A stretch of 64,000 nucleotides of DNA, from the NCBI RefSeq assembly GCF_009914755.1, contig NC_060928.1; one strand, given 5' to 3'. Numbering within the stretch: position 1 is the first letter of the stretch; every line of letters starts with the position of its first letter. The notes below the pieces were generated by a model. It ran no database searches, had not been told where the DNA came from, and worked only from the letters and a program-made list of their open reading frames with translations. Below are positions 56,493-64,000 of this stretch, piece after piece. Both the position numbers and the translations under genes were made by a program. Source of the DNA: the human T2T-CHM13v2.0 reference genome, Homo sapiens.

Positions 56493-57147
56493 TGTGAAAG
56501 AAAAATAAAAATCGTGAGACTCTAGATTCACTATGCCAAAGGGGAAAAATTAAGCTTGAAAACTGAGTCATGCCAAAACAACAACAACAACAACAACAAA
56601 ACTGCCTTTCCTTTTGTTCCTAAACCAATAGCTACAGGGTAGAAGGTCACGTATCTCTGCAGGTGACCTCTCTCATGCTGACAATGTAAATCAACAGCTT
56701 ATCTTCACAGGCATGGGACAAGAGGAGACTAGAAATCATCCCCTCACCGAACCTGAGACAAATCCCTATTTGACTTTTCTCTGTACTCACTATGTTTATC
56801 TTTTGTAAAGTGCAGGTTTACTAAGCGTGAGACGCTAAGCATGAGACAAATACATAATTTATTGTTCCCTCTACCACCTCCTTTTCATGTACAACATGTG
56901 GATTCATTGAGCTCTAATCAAAGCCTCACAAGATGTGACCATACCTTCCTCCCTCTTTTTTTCTTTTCCCTCCTGCCTGTTTTTTCCCCTTTAAGTGTTG
57001 AAACTCTCAAAATCCTCTTTGGAAAAAGTATGGACCACAGATCTTACTGTGGTTTGTGTCTCTTTTTCCTGTGTGCATCCTCAATCTTGGCAAAATAAAC
57101 CTCTAAATTAATTGAGACTCATCTCAGCCATTCTCTTTGGTTTTACA
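56493..57147 (+). mobile_element. MER39-like LTR
   Basis: tgtgaaagaaaaataaaa...cactatgccaaagggg...ggttttaca. Confidence 0.65.
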
Positions 57148-59794
57148 ATGCTGTGCAGGTTTATCACAGTATCTACAACATTGCTTATAAGCATCTCTCT
57201 TTCCAATAGTTGGTAAACTACTTGAGGGTAGAAACTCTTTGAAGGAAATTAAAATATTTTACCCCAAAATATATTCCTTTGACATGTTTAAAAATGGCTG
57301 CCACTTGGCCATGCTGTCAGAAATAGCACTGCACAGCTGTCTTAAGTGGGGAGAATTTGCATCTGTAGAGAATCCCCATGAAAGTAACCTTGCCTCCCTC
57401 CCTTTCCTATGCCTTTCCCTGGATCCAGGAGTGACTGACAGTCTGACACCTTTTAAAGCCTGAAAAGAAACATTTACCATCTGTTCCCTCTGAGGGAGGC
57501 TTCGTCCACATAACAAGGCCATCTTTGCTAGCCAAGCTTCTTTCTTTCCTTCTGTCTTAACCTGTCTTGCCACTAACCCTGATTCACCTGTTTCTGGCTG
57601 TGCTCTGAGTCTGTGTTTCTTACTGTGGCCTCAGGATGGTATATAAGTTTCCGTAACTCTCTGGGAATTTGGGTCTTCACACCGAAGGCTCCCTTATATA
57701 TACATTAAATACATTTGTATGCCTTTTCTCTTATTAATCAATCTGCCTCCTGTCAGTGATTTTAGTGATCATTTAGGGGGCGAAGAGCGTATCGTCCCCT
57801 ACAGAACAGGATGATCATCAGAGTTGCTCTTCTCTTCTAGAGGCTACAGGGAAGAGAAACAAGAGACTGATCTGCTGGCAAAGGGATAAAAATTTCCTAC
57901 CAACTAGGCTACTGGCCTGTCTTTCTCTGTGTACCCCAGTGAGCAGATGGTAAAAATCCCAGTCTCATCTGCAAGGTTTTGATTAACAGGAAAAAGGAAT
58001 TTGACTAGTCTTGCATTGTAGTGTCCTGGTGTACTTTCAGTACTTTGTGGTATGAATACTCATATTGTGTGACCCCTTTTCTCTCAGAAATAGCCTTTTC
58101 TGTTGCCATTTTCCTTTGTCTTTCTGTGTTGTTCTGTCATAAAGAGGGGTAGCATTGGATAGAACATGGGCCTAGAACCCCTTTATGCCTGCTGTTCAAG
58201 CTGACCCTGCATACTGGTCAGTTTTTACAGTTCTGGATAGACCAGCATGTGTTCACACAAACTTTTCTGTGAGTCCCTGATACAAAAATCAGATGAGGTT
58301 TCCCTCTCATCTTGTTTTATGTCCTTAAGAACTTGACTTTATGGCTACATGGGGGTACTCTCTCTTAGTCTCTACCATCTGGGAATGTCTTTTTAAAAAT
58401 TTAACCTTTTCATCAATTGTTTAGAATAGAGGGCATGAATTTTTTGGTTCACATTAGATGGACAGTCTGAAAAGACTGGGAATCTGATAAACATAATATT
58501 TTAAGCAAGACACTTTTTATACTGAATGTGTCACACTCTCAGGGAAATTTTGTCTACAAGACCCATCTCTATGGAGCTTTTGTGATCTTTTGTCTATCTT
58601 AACTCTATTTTTCAGAGTGGATTTTTGGGAGTCATGAGGATGTCTCCTTCATGCCCTCTCCAGGAATGTAAAACCTGAAAAATTACCACTTGGGCTTTAA
58701 AGAGGCTTTTGAATTTAGTTGCTATTGGAATAAAGTACACCATTGAAAATTCTAATTGCCAATGGCCAGAAGATAAATTAAAAGAAAGATTTTTGAGACC
58801 TGTTATTCTAAACCATTGATGAAAAGGTTAAATTTTTAAAAAGACATGTAATAGTGTTATGGCTAGCCTTAAGAAATTTTTTTGAGAAAAATTTGCCATA
58901 GTTAAGTCATAGCCTTAGTTTAGGCTTATTGATTTCACCTAGGAAGTTACCTTTGGTAAAGAAGTTCAAAAATCAGAAATATCAGCTGTTTGTCCTGACT
59001 AAAATCTGATAATAAGAGATTTGAAAGAATTTTTAAAGAGTTCTGTAGTCAAAAGTCAACTTAATTAAAACAGGTATTTAGGCTACATGTGTATCTATAT
59101 TGTTTTAAAGCCTCTGTTCTCTCTCTGTATAAACTTCTCAGTGAATTCTGTCTGTTCCACCATTTACTTCTTCCTATCTTCCTCCCACTTTCTATCCTGT
59201 ATGCCACACGAGGGACCTAAAAATACAAAAGGAATTTCTAACTGCCCAGGATCCCCTGGGAAAAATGGAAAATGTACCAGACTCCTGTGTCTGGAAGGAA
59301 ACTCTGATTTTCTTCATGAAATCCCAAGAGTTGTAAACGGACAGATTCCACTCAGATCTAAAAGCTTTTCTCTCTTTTGTATTGCATTCCCTAATCTTTT
59401 TGGCTTTTGGGGAATTGAAAATTACTTTGCATTATGAAAAAATTTTTGACATTGGTGTTTGTAATAGATATACTTTCTGAGATGGCTAATGGTAGTTGCT
59501 TAGAGCAAACAGTTATTACTACAGGGGATACTCTGTGTGTTTAAGATAAGAAAGGACATGGTTTAAACACTTAGACAAATGTCTTCATGACAAAATGTGC
59601 TCTAAAAATATTATGTGACCTGGCCCTGTGGTATTTTTCTCTTTTTGGGGATTCAGAATTCAGTGTGGGCTCTGCTCTGGGCTCAGTGGTCCAGTTAAAA
59701 GATAGTAAATTAAAAAACACCTATCTAAATAAAATTGGTCTGACAAAATACTATGATAGAGTTCTATGATTTTGTGCTGTCCTGACATCCATTT

Positions 59795-60097
59795 TATTAT
59801 TTAATTTTATTTTTTGAGACAGGGTCTTGCTCTGTTGCCCAGGCTGGAGTGCAGTGGCATGATCTTGCCTTCCTCCAACCTCTGCCTCCTGTGCTCAAGT
59901 GATTCTTGTGCCTCAGACACCGAGTAGCTGGGATTACAGGTGCTCACCACCATGCCTGGCTAATTTTTGTATTTATAGTAGAGACAGGATTTCTCCATGT
60001 TGGCTAGGCTGCTCTTGAACTCCTGACCTCAAGTGATCTGCCCACCTTGGCCTCCCAAAGTGCTGTGATTACAGGTATGAGCCACTGTGCCTGACCG
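59795..60097 (-). mobile_element. AluS
   Basis: Antisense dimer; TSD gacatccatttt. Confidence 0.9.
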
Positions 60098-60313
60098 ACA
60101 TCCATTTTAAAACTTCCTCTAACACACTCAAACTCTCTCTCTCTGATTTGAGATGTAAATTTGCTATCTTGTTTTCTCCAAAACTCAGTGAGGGCATTAG
60201 TCATGGCCATGATAAATAAATTTTAACATTTTCACAATTTAATCCAACTGTCTTTTTAGACTAGTGAGTGTATCTATCTTATGGCTAAAATTTTAAAATC
60301 AAACTATAAAGTC

Positions 60314-60701
60314 CTGGATAAAGAAAATGTGGTACATATACACCATGGAATGCTATGTAGCCAAAAAAGGATCATGTCCTTTGCAGGGACATGGATGGAG
60401 CTGGAAGACATTATCCTCAGCAAACTAATGCAGGAACAGAAAACCAAATACTGCATGTTCTCACTTATAAATGGGAGCTGAACAATGAGAACACATGGAC
60501 ACAGGGAGGGGAATGATGCACACTGGGGCCTATGGGGAAGTGGTTGTGGGAGGGAGAGCATCAGGAAAAACAGCTAATGCATTTTGGGCTTAATACTTAG
60601 GTGATGAGTCTATTGCTGCAGCAAACCACCATGGCACACGTTTACCTATGTAACAAATCTGCACTTCCTGCACATGTACCCTGGAACTTAAAGTAAAATA
60701 A
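60314..60701 (+). mobile_element. 5'-truncated L1PA 3' end
   Basis: ggataaagaaaatgtggtacatatacaccatgg...; TSD aaactataaagtc (60301-60313 / 60702-60714). Confidence 0.9.
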
Positions 60702-62506
60702 AAACTATAAAGTCTTTATGTTACTATAATCTTTATGTGTACATGGGTATATGTCTGTCTGTATACTGTCTGCATGGGTTTTAAATTGACTTACTCATAA
60801 ATAAAGTAGATAATCCTAAATGCTTTTCAAGTTCATATGATTTTAGTAATTTTTGGTAAATAAAGATAGTTTTAAAATTATCGGTAAAATAAAATAGAAG
60901 CATGTTCAGAATTTAGACATTTGACCTGAATTAGTCACTGTCTCTGATGTTTTAAGATGCAAAACTTTGCTCCTGATACTTGCTTAACTTGTCTGTAACT
61001 TACGTGCTTAGATTTGTGCCTTTAGGATATGAAGCCTAGCTCCAGGCATCGTTCTTTGCTCTGGGTTATGTACCTGGTACATAATTAAAATTGCTTACTT
61101 ACTAGGTTTTTTCACTAAAATAAGAGTTACTGAGAATTAACATTACAATTAATACATGTAATGAACGTTACTAGATATATACAAAGTGTGTAAGAAAAGT
61201 AAGATGTATTTTTGGCAAAAAAAGTTAAAAGAAGGCATGAGAATGTTTTTTTTTTTTTAATAAGGGGAAGGAATTTTGTCTAGTTTAAGGGTTTTTAAGG
61301 ATTCTTTTAAGTTATAAATAGAACAAAATGGAAGGTGTTTAAGCAAGTTGGGGAAAGTTTGAGAAAAGATTGATCTTGTAAAAGGAATTCTGTATGTGAA
61401 CGAGTTTGCTAAAATTTGAAGGGGATTATTTAGTTTTTCTATAAATTAAGCATTAAAATAAAAAGCACAGTGATGGAGAGCCAGTATCTGGGCTGCTGTG
61501 TCTGAATAACAGAGTTTTCTTGGAGTCTTGATCTATCTGCTTTTTGACAGGAAATTATAAAAGGTTATAGAAGGCTTATGACAACCTTATATTATGGCCA
61601 AGTTCATTAAAGTTAGATTTGTTCATTTGGTTTTATTAAAATTAGATTTAGTGCTAATAATACACTACACAAAGGTAAAAATTGGTTTTCTCTTGAACAA
61701 AATTTTTGTTTAATATTAAGAGATAGTAAAAGATTTCTGTTTACCTTTTGAGTAAATTGCAAAAGAGCGAGAGACAGATTTAGTTGGCCTCATGCTGTGT
61801 CTATTAGGTCTTATTGTTTGGGAAGTAAGTCTCCATTCTCAAAGAGTAAAGGTTTTTGCTTTTTGAAAATTTTAAGTTATTATTTTGGGTAAATGATTGA
61901 TTTATTTTACAATGACTCATGATTCTATTTTGTGATATAGTGTTCTAAACCTTCAATATTTGACAACTATTCCAAAATCAAATTCTAGATTCAAACTTTT
62001 GACCTCAAACTAACTTTATAGAAGTCTAAGAGAGAGAGATTTAGCTTAATTAATATGTTAAAATCATACAGGAAACATTGTCAAAAATAAAACTGTGTTC
62101 AACTTTTTTTGGTTTATATTTATGTAAATGTGTTATTAGTATGTGTTCCAAAATTGTGAGATTTCTGTAATTCTGATACATATTAGTATACGTTATCAGT
62201 AGTAATTATAATTATTATGTTAAATTGTTATATACCACAGAAATAACCAAATTTCTTTGTCAATTGTGTCTTTGACCATGACTGCTCTAAGACTTTTGTT
62301 ATCTAAAATTATTTTACTGTGATCTTTTTAAAAAGACAGCTTAATTATAAACTAATTATAGTTAAAGGATTCTTACAGATGCTCTTGAATGCAGGTTTCT
62401 GATAACTTTAGAAATTTGCCATTGGAATAGAGAAAAAAGCATCTAGGACTCATGATGTGTTCATGAGGCTTGCTGGCCCAATACTGAGCAGAACAGGGGC
62501 AAACCG

Positions 62507-62619
62507 TGAAACTGCCTTTGCAAAAATTATAACTGAAGAAATTGTGACAGTGAAAGAGATCAGACCTAACAGACTCTATCTTGCTTCTAACCTCTAAGCT
62601 GTTCTTGTTCATTCCTGAG
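62507..62619 (+). mobile_element. LTR8-like 5' part, interrupted by HERV-H
   Basis: TGAAACTGCCTTTGCAAAAATTATAACTGA start, recalled as the LTR8 5' end. Confidence 0.7.
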
Positions 62620-63030
62620 TGTCAGGCCTCTGAGCCCAAGCTAAGCCATCATGTCTCCTGTGACCTGCACGTACACATCCAGGTGGCTGGTTCCTGCCTT
62701 AACTGATGGCATTCCACCACAAAAGAAGTGAAAATGGCCTGTTCCTGCCTTAACTGATGACATTGTCTTGTGAAATTCCTTCTCCTGGCTCATCCTGACT
62801 CAAAAGCTCCCCTACTGAGCACCTTGTGACCACTACTCTGCTTGCCAGAGAATGACCCCCCTTTGACTATAATTTTCCTTTATCTACCCAAATCTTATAA
62901 AACGGCCCCACCCCTATCTCCCTTCGCTGACTCTCTTTTCGGACTCAGCCCGCCTGCACCCAGGTGATTAAAAGCTTTATTGCTCACACAAAGCCTATTT
63001 GGTGGTCTCTTCACACGGACGTGCATGAAA
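62620..63030 (+). mobile_element. HERV-H 5' LTR (LTR7)
   Basis: TGTCAGGCCTCTGAGCCCAAGCTAAGCC start, TATAAAA 62896-62902, ends ...GCATGAAA. Confidence 0.93.
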
Positions 63031-64000
63031 TTTGGTGCCATGACTCGGATGGGGGACCTCCCTTGGGAGATCAATCCCCCGTCCTCCTACTCTTTGTTCT
63101 GTGAGAAAGATCCACCTATGATCTCAGGTCCTCAGACCAACCAGCCCAAGAAACATCTCACCAATTTCAAATCCGGTAAGTGGCCTCTTTTTACTCTCTT
63201 CTCCAACCTCCCTCACTATCCCTCAACCTCTTTCTCCTTTCAATCTTGGTGCCACACTTCAATCTCTCCCTTCTCTTAATTTCAATTCCTTTCATTTTCT
63301 GGTAGAGACAAAGGAGACACGTTTTATCCATGGACACAAAACTCCGGCACCGGTCACGGACTAGGGAAGGCAGCCTTCCCTTGGTGTTTAATCATTGCAG
63401 GGATGCCTCTCTGATTATTCACCCAGGTTTCAGAGGTGTCAGACCACGCAGGGACGCCTGCCTTGGTCCTTCACCCTTAGCAGCAAGCCCTGCTTTTCTG
63501 GGGGAGGGGCAAGTACCCCAACCTCATATCTCTGCACCCCGATCCCTTATTTCCGCGCTCTGACCTCTTATATCTCTGTGCCCGATCCCTTATTTCCGCG
63601 CTCTGACCTCTTATATCTCTGTGCCCCGATCCCTTATTTCCACGCTTTGACCTCTTATATCTCTGTGCCCTGATCCCTTATTTCCGCGCCCCAACCTCTT
63701 ATATCTCTGCACCCCAATCCCTTATTTCCGTGCCCCAACCTCTTATATCTCTGTACCCCAATCCCTTATTTCCACACCCCGACCTTGTATTTCTGTGCCC
63801 CAAACCCTTCTCTGCTTTTCTGGAGGGTAAGAACCCCTGAACCCCTTCCCTCCGTGTCTCTACTCTCTCTTTTCTCTGGGCTTGCCTCCTTCACTATGGG
63901 CAACTTTCCACCCTCCATTTCTCCTTCTTCTCCCTTAGCCTGTGTTCCTAAGAACTTAAAACCTCTTCAACTCTCACCTGACCTAAAACCTAAGCATCTT
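63031..64000 (+). mobile_element. HERV-H internal leader (continues beyond the window)
   Basis: tRNA-His PBS TGGTGCCaTGACTCGGAT at 63033-63050; donor CCG|GTAAGT at 63176; ~6 copies of a ~43-bp tandem unit at 63520-63800. Confidence 0.92.

Larger units (their letters stand above)
57240..62490 (+). mobile_element. MER34-like LTR (57240-57802) followed by MER4-group AT-rich internal sequence
   Basis: tgaaggaaattaaaatattttaccccaaaatatattcctttgacat start, ccctaca end; internal region non-coding and AT-rich. Confidence 0.6.

Overview
Primate (apparently human) genomic DNA. The left half holds the complete AADAT gene (kynurenine/alpha-aminoadipate aminotransferase, KAT II) on the minus strand. I traced 13 coding exons from ATG 35870 to TGA 7112. 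All introns are GT-AG, the CDS is 1278 nt (425 aa), and there is a CpG-island promoter at ~35.8-36.56 kb. Upstream lie a solo LTR12C (ERV9) facing away from AADAT, a dense nest of transposable elements, and the 5' end of a HERV-H provirus at the right edge. The most notable non-routine element is an orphan, unprocessed APOBEC3 Z1 cytidine-deaminase exon at 46009-46297 (+). It has an open 96-codon frame, intact splice sites and all zinc ligands, and it abuts one copy of a ~62-bp direct repeat whose partner lies 3.8 kb upstream. Other oddities: a 74-bp near-perfect hairpin and a palindrome cluster in AADAT intron 2; a uORF whose stop overlaps the AADAT start; an Alu monomer inserted at the stop codon; U2 and tRNA-His retrocopies inside old L1s; an inversion/deletion junction in an L1 5'UTR. 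Repeat subfamily names come from recalled consensus motifs and their boundaries are approximate. Nearly all ORF-track entries outside AADAT and the APOBEC3 exon are repeat-derived noise.
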